Positions 37,990-51,620 of a DNA stretch of 64,000 bases are shown here, piece after piece. A program made the translations under genes and the position numbers. The notes beneath the pieces are model-generated. The model did not search any database. It was given only the letters and a program-made list of their open reading frames with translations, and had not been told where the DNA came from. Location: positions 257,610,001 to 257,674,000 of the forward strand of contig OZ024742.1 in assembly GCA_964016885.1 (NCBI GenBank). Direction: 5' to 3'. This DNA is from Eledone cirrhosa (Eukaryota). Every line of letters starts with the position of its first letter. Position 1 is the stretch's first letter.

Positions 37990-39880
37990 CACTGGCCAAC
38001 AACAAAATATCCATTTCATGGTTCTGGTATAATTTAGTATGATTCTAGGGTAATCAAGTGTGCATAATCTGAATATGACAACGGCTAAGCTGTATCGGGT
38101 CTAGTTTTCGAGAACCAGCATATCCATGTTTATGACCCATAGCTATGCGACTCATATTACTTCATCCAATTGTATCCACTATATTTAGTTGTTAACTAAT
38201 TTATACTTACTGCTTTTGTTTCAGATCACAGAATTGTAACTATCCTCAGCTATTCTTGGATAATTCACAACAACTTTGAGTAGTGGGGGACATGGAACGC
38301 CGGAAATGTGTAAATGACCCGGACCGATTTTGCTATATTTGTGGACTCTTTACCCCAGAAAGCATAAAGAAACCAATCACAAAAGCAGTTCGAGTAAACT
38401 ACAAATGCTACTTCAAATGTCCATTAGTAGACGAAGACAAGAAATGGGCGCCTCAGTGTGGCGAGAACCAAAGACCACAATAACGATTGCTACTTCTGCC
38501 ATATAAACATCCAAGGAATAACTGTGAAGACACAAACTACACTTCAATACCCCGATATCTCGACAGCAATCCAACCAGTACCTCACAGTGACGAATTACC
38601 TGTTCCAGTTCCACCTGCTGAACACGAGCTAATCTCTGATTCTGATTCCAGTAGCACCCCTATTGATGATGACTATCAAGACGAACATGAGACAAGTGAA
38701 CCCATACCATTTAACCAGGAATCTCTTCACGATCTCATTAGAGACCTACATGTGTCTAAAGAAAAGGTAGAGCTCCTGGGATCAAGACTAAAGCAACGAA
38801 ACCTGCTGGAACCTGGCTTTCGCATTACAACCGCTCGTCATCGTCATAAACAACTTAATTAGTCTACTTCTAGGTCTTCAGACTGGTTACACAAAGCATA
38901 TGTGTTTTCTATGTTTGTGGAATAGTAGAGCAGATGCGGAGCACAACATGAAGAAGGATTGGCCAACAAGACCAAAGGATGCACTCGTAGATTCAACTGT
39001 TTGTACAAACCTCTCGTGGATCCTGAAAAAGTATTCCTCCCTCCATTACATCCCAAATTAGGCTTGGCCAGAAACTTTATTAAAAGCATGGATCATAGAG
39101 GTAATGGGTTTCAGTACTTGTGTAAGAAATTGGGTAGAGTGGTATCTGAAGCAAAGTTAAAAGCAGGGGTTTTGAATGGTCCTCAGATTCGTATACTGGT
39201 TAATGATAGTGAGTTTTCGAATCACTAAACACTTTGGAAATCATTTGTAGATGTGACACAGAACTTTCTTGGAAACCACCGTGCAGACAACTATAAAGAA
39301 ATTGTTGAAACCATGATACAAAATTATCACGCTCTGGGTTCACGAATGTCATTGAAGCTTCATTTCTCCCATTCTCATCTGGATTTCTTCCCAAGTAATC
39401 TAGCAGACATCAGTGATGAACATGGAGAGAGGTTTCACGAGGACATTGCCATAATGGAGAGTAGGTATCATGGTCGGTTCAATCCCAACATGATGGGTGA
39501 CTACTGCTGGACACTGCAACGTGAGGATAGCCAGCAAAAGAAGTGTAAAATCAAAATCCAGAAATTGTTTTAGAAATGTTTTGAAATATTTTGTTATGTT
39601 CAGAATATTGTTCAGGAATGTTTTGTTAATATACTAAGTGTTAAAAAAATATATAAAAATATGTTTATATATTTTTATTAATAAGTTAATATGTTTATAT
39701 CTAAGTCATCATATGTTACACAATGGATAGATAATGCAATAAGAGGAACATATTTTCGATCTCATATTAAGGCATTCTGGTCCGATAGCAAAAAATGAAT
39801 ATTAGAACTGAATTTACTGCTGTGAAGTTAGTAAGATGCACATATTCACATGTAAGAACCATTTTGGCTATTGACCAGTG
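37990..39880 (+). mobile_element. Chapaev3-like (CMC superfamily) DNA transposon, internally deleted and frameshifted
   Basis: TIRs cactggccaacaacaaaat / attttggctattgaccagtg, 3-bp TSD TTA; transposase pieces PDRFCYICG, DCYFC, PPLHPKLGL, MSLKLHF.HSHLDFFP, SDEHGERFH.DI, MMGDYCW. Confidence 0.85.
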
Positions 39881-41219
39881 TTATTATCGAGAGTGTAGTC
39901 TCAAGGCACCTCTTCCAAACTCTCATGAACCAACAACCACTACATTGGCTCTCACTTTGTAGGATATGGTTTTGAAATTCAAGAACAGGAAACCAATACA
40001 AAATATCTGATTCACAATAGTTACAGAGATGCAGAGAAGCACATTGATGTGACAAAAATGCAGACTGCCCTATTTATATAGGGGTTATCAACCATGCCAT
40101 AAGCAGCTGTCCAAATATGTTATCACTGTACTATCTAACTAAAAGGTATGGTGGAGTGGCCAAAACAGTAGACAATGCAATCCGTTGAAAGGATAGGCCC
40201 GGCAATAAACATATTAAATCTTACAGCAATGCGGAAGAAATAATATGGAAGATTATTGGTGTAATGTTGCAGTCAGAATTCCAATAAAGTACAAGCATGA
40301 TAGGCCAGATATAGTGATATTGGAGAGGGAAAAAATGACATACAAGTCAGATGGCCAACAGTTGCCATTATAGCACTAACAATTAGCGGAAAGGAGTACT
40401 TCTATGGAGAACTAATTACGAATGTGCAGATACTTCACACTGACTAGGCCTCCAGATATATACCTGTGATCATTGGAGCTCTGTTACTAACTGCCTCAGT
40501 ACAAATGCTGAGAATCTGTGCCTCAAAGAACCAAAAACAACACAACTGGTTAGGATGTTCAAGTACGATCCTTTAATGGAAATGTAAAACTGCAAAAGTT
40601 TAAAACAAACGTGCATGTAATGACTACATATACACAAGTATAGATACAAAACATACTCCTGTACACATAACTCCAAGCCTACAGATCCACATTTACAATA
40701 ACACACATCGTCTCACACACACACGAGCACACACACGCACGCATGGATCTGTGCTGACATACATTCATATTTACCTAGTTGATTTTGTCTAAATTCCATT
40801 GAAAGTGACTTGTATCTATGTTAGAAACCGATTGTTTCTACTGTTAAAAATAAAATTATACAGTAATGAAACCAGTTCATACAAACGCACATACTTGCTA
40901 GAACAATGTGGAACACATTAACGAAAATACAAGTGGAACCTGAAAATAAAAACTGCTATCAAATTAAGACGCAACTTGACTGATGTTGTTGTAAAAGAAA
41001 TACGGAAGAATAACCAAAGAATAACTGAACCTTGATGTGTGGACAAAGAGCGCAGCTCCCTAATCCATAGACTAAGAATAGTCGCGATATCTGTCACAGT
41101 AAAAATTTGCAAAACATTCTTGCGAATGTCTTTCCTTTTACAACCTTGCCACGAGGAAATTGGCCCGTCAAATATGTACTCAAAATTGGGTGAAAGAGAA
41201 AGGGAAACATAGATACATG

Positions 41220-41515
41220 CATACATACATGATGGCTATCCCTTGTTATCGAGCATACCCATTGCACTATATAACGTAATTAATGCTATCGTGTCTGAAG
41301 ATTTATTTAAATTGAGGAGAGTCTCTGCGTTGCGCCAATCTCACTCTATGAGCGACAGACGCTATAACCCGAAAAGAAGAAAAGAGCAACATCATCGGTA
41401 ACTACTGAACCGCAAGTTTTATATCAGAGTTATCCCAGTTTTCTGAGTTGCCTCTCCTAGAACAATGCCCTGACATACATACATACATACATACATACAT
41501 ACATACATACATACA

Positions 41516-41548
<33 letters not shown>

Positions 41549-42185
41549 GGTGGCTGCCAACTCGTTTTCGAGTACGGCCACTACTTTATATCCATGTAGG
41601 AGAACCCCTACCGATGCGTTGATCGTGTGTGACTTTTTAGTCCAGCCAGCAACTTGAAAACTATGGTACAAACACTACACTTGTGACTATTATTGACACT
41701 TAGTGCTGGGCCCATGGTTCCATGTGACGGCAAGTGCAGATAGATCTACAGATATAAAGCAATGCCTGTGCCGTGAAGCTTTTATAGTGAGTAAAGGCAC
41801 TGCACAAAGCCAGTCCCACTCTCTTAACCAAGATGATATTTACCAAAAAGAAGAACAAGTCAACATCATTGGATACCATCAGGGTTGCAAGTGTTATATC
41901 AGAGTTTTCCTTCTCCTAGAATTCTGCCTTGACAAAGGCTAAGGGGTCATCTCTCCCGGTGATTTTGGATGGCCATTGACTCTGAAGAGCTCCTTTGCCC
42001 TTTGATAGGTTTTGTTTTTAGTCCTGCAGGATGTCCAAAGTCACCCTCCTCACCAAGAAACCTTGGTAGGGTTGCTAGTTTAGTCGCCAACGACCCGACC
42101 ATGGGACGTGTTGTACTGGGATACATGTTACCAGTAGCACCAACTGGTGACCTGACATATACATACATACATACATACATATATA
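41220..42185 (-). mobile_element. Stacked LINE (RTE-like) 3' ends, each finishing in an (ATGT)n tail
   Basis: (CATA)n immediately followed by atgatggct/atggtggct at ~41229 and ~41547, as at 42187, 47514 and 47783. Confidence 0.6.
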
Positions 42186-42186
42186 C

Positions 42187-42487
42187 ATGATGGCTGCCCC
42201 CTCGTTATCGAGTATGGCCATTGCACGAGGAGAAATAAAAAAAAAATAAATAAAAAAAAATAATAATAATAAATAAATAAAAAAAAAGGAAATATATATA
42301 TATATACATATACATACATACACACACACACACGCACACACAAACATACTCACACACACATATATACACACACATACATTAATAACAATAATAATAATAA
42401 TAATAATAACAACAATAATAATAACGACAACAACAATAATAATATACATATACATATATATATACACACACACTCACACACATAATC

Positions 42488-42525
<38 letters not shown>

Positions 42526-43286
42526 TAGCAACTAACAGCGCTGCGATCGAATGTGGCTTTTTAGCCCAGCCAATGATCTAAAATGTCTTGCACAGAGTCG
42601 GCAACCAAAACACTTACTGGGAATAGTCGGCTGTGGTTGGAGTTCGTGTACTTTTGCATGTCGCTTGAGCCCTCCTGCTGATTTACATTCTCTACCACAT
42701 GTTTGGCAAGCATGATGAGTAGCATCTCCAACAGCAGCCTGGTAGTCAACCACTGGTCTTACTTTATGACTGCGAAGATGACTTTCGAGTCCAGCTTTGC
42801 TTAGGCAGAATCTCGCACATACGTACGCTGCATGTCAGCACCATAGGAGGACCCTCGCCGTCTGGAAGTGCAACAGCAATGCCCTTCCTCACATCCCGCT
42901 TTACTTTCTCGTATGCGATCCGAGATTCCTCAAAGGCAACTTTTCCCTCATATACAGTCTTTCTCCATTTATTACGATCAGCAGCAATATTCTCCCATAT
43001 ATCAGCAGAGCTGTTAGCGTCTTTCAGAGAGGCTTTCAAGGAATCCTTATACCTCTTTTTTGGTTTATGTGGCGGCCGTTTTCCTTTAAAAGAGTTGTTT
43101 TGGTATTCTAGAATCCTTCATCCTGGCAAGGTGACCACTCCAACGGAGTCGTTGCTTAAGCACAAGAGCTTCTATACTGTCACACATAGAGCTTTCCAAA
43201 ATCTCGACATCACTGATGTGGTCCCTCCAGTGAACGCCATGGATCCGTCTGAGACACATCTGATGGAAACGCTCCAATTGCTTAGA
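42187..43286 (-). mobile_element. 5'-truncated RTE-clade LINE with C-terminal C2H2 zinc fingers
   Basis: KQLERFHQMCLRRI..W..RLRWSGHLARM.DSRIPKQLF; WE.IAADR.KWR; CQTCGRECKSAGGLKRH, CRLCARHFRSLAGLKSH. Confidence 0.85.
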
Positions 43287-43359
43287 TACATACATACATA
43301 CATACATACATACATACATACATACATACATACATACATACATACATACATACATACAT

Positions 43360-46300
43360 TCCATCAGTCAACGCGATCAGTCGCATATTTTGACGTGGGA
43401 GACTATTTATTAAAGTTAAGATGAATACTATCTCCGACAGTAATGCCACAACTACAGCCGGGTTGAATAACTGGTTATTATTCTAACTATCCCTTCTGAA
43501 GACACCTTTTATTCGAATTCGTAGAGATATCCGACTAAATACATAATTCATTTTACAAGGATTTGCTACAAACAGCATGGCTGAACACAACATCAACTAG
43601 AAAATTAAGGAAGTATCGAAGACAAATAACAAAGAAGGTAATCAAACTTTATTCAGTTGTAGCTACAGAAGAAACCGAAATTATAAATCACATTTCTCTT
43701 GGAGTTTGGAACTTAATAATGATTTATTTAATTGTTATAAAATGGCAAAAAAACAATCCCTCCATTGGCTATATGAATAGAATGAAGCTACACTGGGACG
43801 AAATGCACCCAGAGCTAAATTATTTCACAGCGAAACAATTACGCCAACAAGCGACGTTTGTTGAACGTAAAAATAAGATAAATATTATTAATTGTAAGTC
43901 CCCCACAACAAACATGGAATCAACAACACGTGCTACAGATCGCCATGCTACTAGACTTCCTAGCAGCCAGGTCGAACAGCGCCTTGAAACAACTATGCCT
44001 GTAAGAAACTTGACACCACCTGTACCATCTAAGTCTACCTCGAATGCTGGGGAAAACACTATCGATAATAATAATAATCGAAGAAATAATAATAATAATC
44101 GAATAAATGTGACACCACGTATAACATCCGAGTCTACCTCGACTGTTGTGGAAAATACTATCGATAATGATAATCAAAAGTATAAACAATTGAAAATTTC
44201 CCTCAACGAAATCTTCCAGAGAGAAATTAACTCATGTATAAATATTTTTCTGGCTGAACGTGTTAAAATGACAATGGTGAATAAAAAACCAAATAATGAA
44301 ATACTACGTGTTATTGACGAAATAGGGGATGAATATTTACGACGGATAAAAACCCCAACATTTTGGCAAATCAACGCCTGTTTATATGCCTTAGCAATGA
44401 CAGTGAAGCATTATCTTGGTGATAGCAGAGATATTAACAAGAACAAAACACCACCAAAAATACCATCATATATAACTAAAATAGAAAAACAGAGTGCTGA
44501 CCTACGAAAAAAAAATAGGACAAGTGATAATGCTCCTTACATGCAAACAAACACAAAAAACCTCGCTCCTCACCAACAAAGAGTCAAAAATAAAATAGAG
44601 ACGATGTTTGGTAACAGTAGAACCAGAACTCTCCAATATAAGCTGATCACCCTCAAACAAGAATTGAGAGCTGTTAGCGAAAAACGCCGATACCTGTAGA
44701 AGGTAGATGAGAGAAAAATGCTTAATAAAAGATTCAGCCGAAACCAAACATCAGTCTTTTAGAGATATGAAGGGCAAAATAATAAGTGTCACTGAGGCCC
44801 CATCCTAGAAAGACATAGATTCCTTTTGGAGAAAAATATGGCGTGAAAAGAAGAATTTCAACCAAGATGCAGTGTGGCTAAGAGAAATCCAAAAGAACTA
44901 TTGCTCCTACACTACAACAAAAACATACGAAATAAGTGATGGTACCCTTGAGACTGTGATAGGAAAAGTCCAAGATAAGAAAACACCAGGAAGAGACTTG
45001 ATTGTCAGCTACTGGTACAAAAAACTAATATTCTATCGGAGGTATCTTACTGTCCCCTACCAACAAGTTCTTAAGGGAGATACACTTATACCAGAATGGT
45101 TGACATTAGCACAAACGTTACTGGTCCCCAAGAACAAAGACACCCACTTGGCAAAAAACTACCGACCCATTGCGTGCCAGAACCTGATGTATAAGATGTA
45201 TACAGCCTGCCTTAACCTATTCCTCCAAGATCACTTTGAAAATAATAACATCATCACAGATGAACAAGCAGCTGGAAAGAAAAGGGTTTGGTGATGTGCT
45301 GAACAACTCCTAATCAACAAAACTGCGATGTCAGAGGTGCGACAACTTAGGAGGAACAGTGTGGCTGGACTACAAGAAAGCTTTCGATTATGTTCCCCAC
45401 TCTTGGATGATAGAGGCCCTCCAACTTGCTAAAGTCCCAGACATTATTGTCAGAGCCATAGAGAGGCTGTCTTCTTCTTGGGCTACTATCCTAAGGTTAA
45501 AGACAGAGAGGGAGGACTCTATTTTCACTGATAAAATAAAATATTGCAGGGGTATATTTCAGGGGGACAGTCTCTCTGTGATATTGTTCATCTTGTCATT
45601 AAACCCCTTGTCCTTTCTGTTCAAGAAATGTGAGGGATACATCATTGGCTCACGGGAGGACAGAAATACAAACCTAACCCATAACTTCTTTGTGGACGAT
45701 CTGAAACTCTATCCCAAGAACATGGATGGGATGAAGAAAAATATTGACCTGGTTACAACGTTCTCAAAGGATATAGGAATGGAGTTTGGCCAAGATAAGT
45801 GCTCATACATGACTGTAAAGCGGGGAAAAACAACAACCCAATCTAGCAACATTGTCATCCATGGTCTAACTGTTTCACCGATATCTGATGAGGACTGCTA
45901 CAGATACCTGGGGATAGATGAGAACATATCCTATAATGGTATCTGTAATAAAGAACGCGTAACCAGGGAATACTACACCCGATTAAGAAAGATCTGGGCA
46001 TCGGAACTCTCTGCGCAAAACAAAACAGTGGCTCACAATGTGTTTGCTGTGCCTGTTCTGGAATACTCAATTGGACGATAGACGAAATCCGAGCAGTTGA
46101 TGTTGGAACTCGAAAAATACTGAACAACACAGGAAACGTCCACATCAACAGTGACATAGACCGCCTTTACTTGAAACGTAAGCAGGGAGGCAGAGGCCTA
46201 ACATCAGTCCAGACAACATTTGAAGGTCGCATCATATCTCTCCGACAACATCTACGAACCTCGAAGCGTAGGAGCCCGCTTTTCGAGCAAGTCTATCTGC

Positions 46301-47462
46301 ATGAAACAGATAAGATCATGAGAGTTGGGAAGGAACTCCTTGAGAGATATTCCCTGTGTGATAATCAAAAACTCACACCCAGAGATGTCGCTCAGCAGTA
46401 TCGCAGTGAATCCATGGATGAAAAACTGCATGCCTATCAGCAAAAAATCATGCATGGATATGTTGCCAGGAAATCCAGAGTGAGAGTAATATAGATAAGG
46501 AAAGTAGTCTATCTTGGACCAACAACCGCTATATTGGCTCCCACTTTGAAGGATACGCTTTTGCAATCCAAGAACAGGACATTAGCACGAAATACCTAAT
46601 TCACAAAAGAGATAGGGATGCAGGCAAAATACCTAGATGTGATAACAAGTGCAGACACTGCAGAACTAACATCGAGGATATCAACCATGTCATCAGCAGC
46701 TGCCCAAATATGTCTTCGCGGTACTATCTACCTATGAGGCATGATGTAGTGGCCAAAACACTGTACAATGCAGTTCGTAAAAAAGATAGCCCCGATAATA
46801 AACACATTAAAAGATACAACAATGTGGAAGACATCCATGTACATAATATGAAATAGTACTGGTTGAATGTTCCAGTAAAAACCCCAATAAAATGCAGGCA
46901 TAACAGACCAGATATTATGTTATGGGACAAGGAGAAGAAAACATGCACAGTAGTGGAAATTAGCTGCCCAGCAGATGCCAATATAATATCAAAGATTAGT
47001 GAAAAGGAGAATATTTATGCAGAACTGATGAGAAATCTGCTGATACTCCACCCTGATTACACCTCCAGATGTATGCCTGTGATTATTGGGGCACTGGGAT
47101 ATGTTAGTAACTGCCTCAATACACATCTTGAGAAGCTAGGCTTTACAGGAACAGAAAGAACACAATTAGTTAGGAAATTACTAGTACAATCCATGAATGG
47201 AACAGTAAAAATGTGTAAAAAATTCCCAAAATTGTGCATCTAATAACTGCATATACACATGTACAGATACAAAGCATATACACATGCACACATACAACTC
47301 AAAATATCCACATCCACACATACAATAACATCCATAACTATACATGCATGCATACATATATACCTAGTTGATGTGTGAATTCCAATGAGAGAGTCTTGTG
47401 TCTATATTAGAAACCGACTCTCTCTTTATTGGTAAAACTTAGTGAAATTATAAAACCAGAAG
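43360..47462 (+). mobile_element. Near-full-length R4/Dong-clade non-LTR retrotransposon (RT + CCHC + RLE), multiple stops/frameshifts, inserted in (CATA)n
   Basis: YRPIAC, WLDYKKAFD.VPH, GIFQGDSLS, FVDDLKLY, YRYLG, GGRGL, CRHC..HV.S.C, RHD, HNRPDI..VE.SCP. Confidence 0.92.
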
Positions 47463-47513
47463 AACATACATACATACATACATACATATATACATACACA
47501 TATACATACATAC

Positions 47514-48095
47514 ATGATGGCTGTAAACTCTGCCAAGAGTATTGCAATCGCTTGTCAGATTCAGATGTGGGACGCTCGGATATGGCTTTTCAAGCCTGCT
47601 AGAGACTTGCACTCCTTCACACACTGACCGCAACTATGGATCTCCCTGGCTTGAGGTCTTGCATCAGGTTTCCCGTGAACCCTCACAGCACTGTGGAGAT
47701 CATACTTCACTGGTTCTCTTTGAACATGGATGCGACTGTGGATCCTGAGACCAGATTTGCTCAAGCATACATACATACATACATGATGTCTGCAAACTCT
47801 GCTAAGAGTATTGCAATCGCTTGACAGATTATAGTATTTGGTGCATCTTTTGGTTATGGCCAGTCACACAAATCTGTAACATATCTTGACAAAGCAATGC
47901 TTGTGCTTTGGAGTTTTTTTAAGTAGGGTAAGGCCTTGCCCTCGACCAATCCCACTCTCTAAGCATCGAAAACACTAACCGAAAAGGAGAACTGGTCAAC
48001 ATCATCAGATGCTTCCGTAGTCGCATTTTATTTTTTCAGAGTTTCCATCTCCGAGAAAGGTGTTGTGACAACAACTGGGGGCCCTTCCCTCCTAG
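47514..48095 (-). mobile_element. Two more RTE-like 3' ends with (ATGT)n tails
   Basis: C2H2 remnants SKSGLRIHSRIH and CGQCVKECKSLAGLKSHIR; (CATA)n junctions. Confidence 0.7.
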
Positions 48096-48359
48096 GTGAA
48101 ACAAAAAAAAGTACTAGTACATACATACATGCATACATACATATGCACATACATACATGCATACATTTATAAATACATATATGGTTCTGAATATGACCAT
48201 AATCACTTCATAATAGCAGCAATTATAGCACTTGTATTATGATGTTTACATGAAACTGAGACAGATTCAAGATAAAGAAGTTAACTTATTTTCTAACCGT
48301 GGAAATCGAGCGAAACTTGTTAAAATTGGTGAATTCTAGTGATGTTGTTTAGAAAATTA

Positions 48360-48655
48360 TAGAGCAATGATGAATAAAAAGAGAAACGGATAGAAAATTA
48401 AGAGAAAGTGTGGGTGAATAAGAGAGAGATAGAGTGGTGGATCGATAAATAAAGAGAGGGAAAAACGGAGCGATGAATAGAGAGAGACTGATAATGAGAA
48501 AGAGAAAGAGAAATAGGGAAATAAAACAAGGGAGAGACGGAACAAATGAGAAATAGAGAAAGAGAAAAAGAGAGGGCTAAAGTCTGATAAAGAGTGAGAG
48601 CTTGAGAGAGAAGGGGAGAGGGGGAGTGAGGTTTAGAGAAAGATGGAGAGAGATT
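48360..48655. repeat. GA-rich low-complexity tract
   Basis: Direct reading. Confidence 0.8.
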
Positions 48656-49719
48656 TACCCAAGCCAGGCTTAACGTTCTTTTTTTTATACAGAAAGATAA
48701 AGAGAGAGATTGCCGTATGTGGTGTTTTTTACTGCAAAAATATGTCGTAAATTATTAAAACATTATGTTATCTTAACGAATAATCGGAGAGACCGGTATA
48801 TTTTTGAACTTATAGATGAAGAATTAATGGGAAGATCATTAATCTATTTTTTGATATTTTAAGAATATGGCATCGTGTATCAACCATTATGATACGTCAT
48901 GTTTCTATGTTTATTTATATGCACCTATGCCTGTAACTCTTTATAACTTACACACACACAATCATTAACACACATCAGAATTAATTTCAGTTGTGGCAGA
49001 AACACAAAGAATGGAGTCCTTTTTTTTTACTACAATACAATATTTATTTTTAGGACTGTTAGGACTTATCCGGCGTTGAAAATGCTATATGAATTAAATT
49101 ATATATTACAGTTTATATGTCTGTCTGATTGTGAGAAAGACATTTTATTTTATATTGCTACAGTTCACTTAACTGGCAAAATTGGGTGTACCAGTAACTC
49201 AAAATATCAATTTTGTCCTAAACTCGGTCATGCTGAATTTCCCTCGTAACTATGATAGAAGTACATCTGATTCTAGAATGCTAAACTACCTAATCATTAA
49301 TTTTACGCGTAGGCTATTCCGTGATTTAATCGCTAGGGTGTTTATTTAAATGTCTGCTTCTGCTCCATATTCTCTATTCAATCACGCCGATGACAATTTT
49401 GTTTCAGTGGAGATAAATAAAGATGTGTTTCGAAAGCGCACTTGGTTTATAAAAAAAAAAGAATCCTTAAAACATGTACAAATGCGACTAAAACCAATGT
49501 AACCGAGAATCAGTATGCAACAGATTCGACGAGAGAAAACTATTTAACAAATGTTTTCATAATCCAGTACGGAGAAATTGAGCTTTGTTAAATAGAATTT
49601 TTTATTCTACATGTTATAAAAAACCCTTTATATATATATATAACATGTGCGTAATTCAAACACCTTTTTATTATCATTTTCTTTATATATATATTATATG
49701 TATATATATATATATATAG

Positions 49720-50330
49720 TTTTTAAAAAAGTAAACAGAGAACAAAAAACAGGAGAAAACGAAGAGGCAGAACAAATGATATTATTATTAGTTTAACGCT
49801 TGAGAGTGTGTGTGTGTGGGGGGGGGGGGGGCGTTTCGGGCATAAGCCCTTCACCAGGAGAAGTGTGGGTAGGAAGGAAGATCCTAGTGTGTGAGAGGGA
49901 GTGGGGAAAAGACAATTGAAAAAAAATGGGGGTTTGAGAAAAGGGAGTAAAGACATTTTTTAGAGAGTAAGGGACATTTTTTATAAATAAAAATAAAAAT
50001 AAAAATAAACAAGTGGTGAAAGGGTATGAGGCGTGTAGGGGTAGTGGTGGATGGAGGAGGTGGAGAGGGGAGAGAGAGGCGGAACGGCTGAAGGTGGTGT
50101 TTGTGTATGTGTGTAGGTGTACGTGTGTGTGTGTGTGCTTTTGTGTATGTGATTGTGAGATTTGGGGGGAGAACGAGGTTCCATGTTCAGGTAAAAGTGA
50201 AACCGGTGGTAAGAAGAATATAGACGAGATTGGAGGAGGTGCAGCGGAAGGCGTGCCGGACAGAGCGAGAGTGGCCGTTGGGACCTTTGAAGGTGGTGGT
50301 GTTGGTGATGTGGAACATATTTATAGGGTT
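49720..50330 (-). mobile_element. PLE (Neptune-like) fragment: linker/GIY remnant + pLTR with degenerate HHR (49832-49857)
   Basis: Minus translation HITNTTTFKGPNGHSRSVRHAFRCTSSNLVY; CUGGUGA a-gggc-uuau-gccc GAAA cg. Confidence 0.6.
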
Positions 50331-51304
50331 CCTTGTCGCGTCTATACTCCTTATGCTAGTTGTGTAATTTTTTCAGTGTCACTGTATGTGTTGTGGTTAT
50401 TGTTGCTATTTTTATTGTTATTATTAATACTATTTTTGTTGTTGTTGCTACTGCTATATGTATATATACGCGTACATGTGCACGTTGTGAAGACGTTTAC
50501 AGTTTTATGATCTATTGAAGATGATTGAGCTAAGAAAATTATTTCAAGTTGCTTGAGTGCACTCAGCCAAAACAAAATGATGGGTAACTTTAGTTTTAAA
50601 TGACAGTCTTGTCAAGCAATGTATCACACAGAATCACCTTGGGAATTACAGTAATGTACCCATGTGTCTTTGAGATACTTATTTAATTGCCCGAACAGGA
50701 TATACGTTTGTTAGATCAACAGGCACATTGATCGTCGAAACGGACGAAGGTCCAATAAAACATATGTGTATCATATCAAACAGAAAAAGAAAATTACTAA
50801 AACTTTCTTCGTTTCGTGTTATATAATACTATTTCATTTGTTAGTCAAAGTGTCTTTCGTTTCGCAACACAGTTCACGCTCTTTCCGTGCGATTTATGTT
50901 CATTACGATGTAATATATTCTCTTTTCTCTCTTCATAAGACATTTATTCAGTTCTGAAAAAAACATTTCCATAAAGAAACAAGTTCAAGAGATTTGTTAT
51001 ATTTACATTGTATCCTTTCTTCAATTCCTACATACCGTTATTATTCCCTAGCGGTAATTTCTATTTTCTATTAAACTTCTTTAGTTATGTTTGCCTCTAT
51101 ATTGAATACTTGTTTGTAATTCATAGTTATATATATTCAAATGGAAAACTAAATCTTTGCTTGTCTTCTTCAAATTGTCTTTTAAGACAGGAAACAAAAA
51201 CATATGAAAGGACGTAAGGAACATAAACATAAAAATCCATGAATAATTCTAAAGATATGAAAATAGTGAAAAATTATTGACGTATGATGTTTATAGATAC
51301 GACC

Positions 51305-51620
51305 AACATAGCAGAATGGTGAAGAAATTTGCTTCGCAATCATTATGATCTGGATTCGATGGCACAGTGTGGCATCTTGGACAATTGTTATTTACCATAA
51401 TCTTTAGTCGATGTGAAAAAAATTGGGTAGAACAGAAACAGCGTCCGAGACTGTCAGTTGGACTATAACTGCAATTGCCAAATGAACAAACTTTCCACCC
51501 ACCATGTATCACGACATAACAATAGCGTTGAGGTACACGAAGCTATGGAATTCTCAGTCACTTTTACGTTAATTTCATGAGTAGGCCGTCTCGTTGATCA
51601 AAAAGCTGGAGCACTCATAG
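51305..51620 (+). mobile_element. Degenerate SINE (further relics at ~50580-50760 minus, ~54645-54830 plus, ~55105-55420 plus)
   Basis: Decayed A/B-box heads and shared core motifs (e.g. ttaactttgcctttcatc). Confidence 0.5.

Larger units (their letters stand above)
36520..40860 (+). mobile_element. Old, rearranged R4/Dong-like LINE (same family as 43360-47462), interrupted by a Helitron, a SINE and a Chapaev3-like element
   Basis: 36520-37165 matches 45650-46310; 37168-37270, 37880-37989 and 39881-39925 match 46320-46620 inverted; 39925-40860 matches 46520-47440. Confidence 0.8.

Noticed and set aside
43360-43560. HDV-like ribozyme at the R4/Dong 5' end
   Set aside because: Known in some RLE LINEs, but I could not build the nested pseudoknot by eye
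50013-50510. 165-aa plus-strand ORF / possible host exon
   Set aside because: Low complexity; the minus strand reads as a PLE linker-GIY remnant next to an HHR
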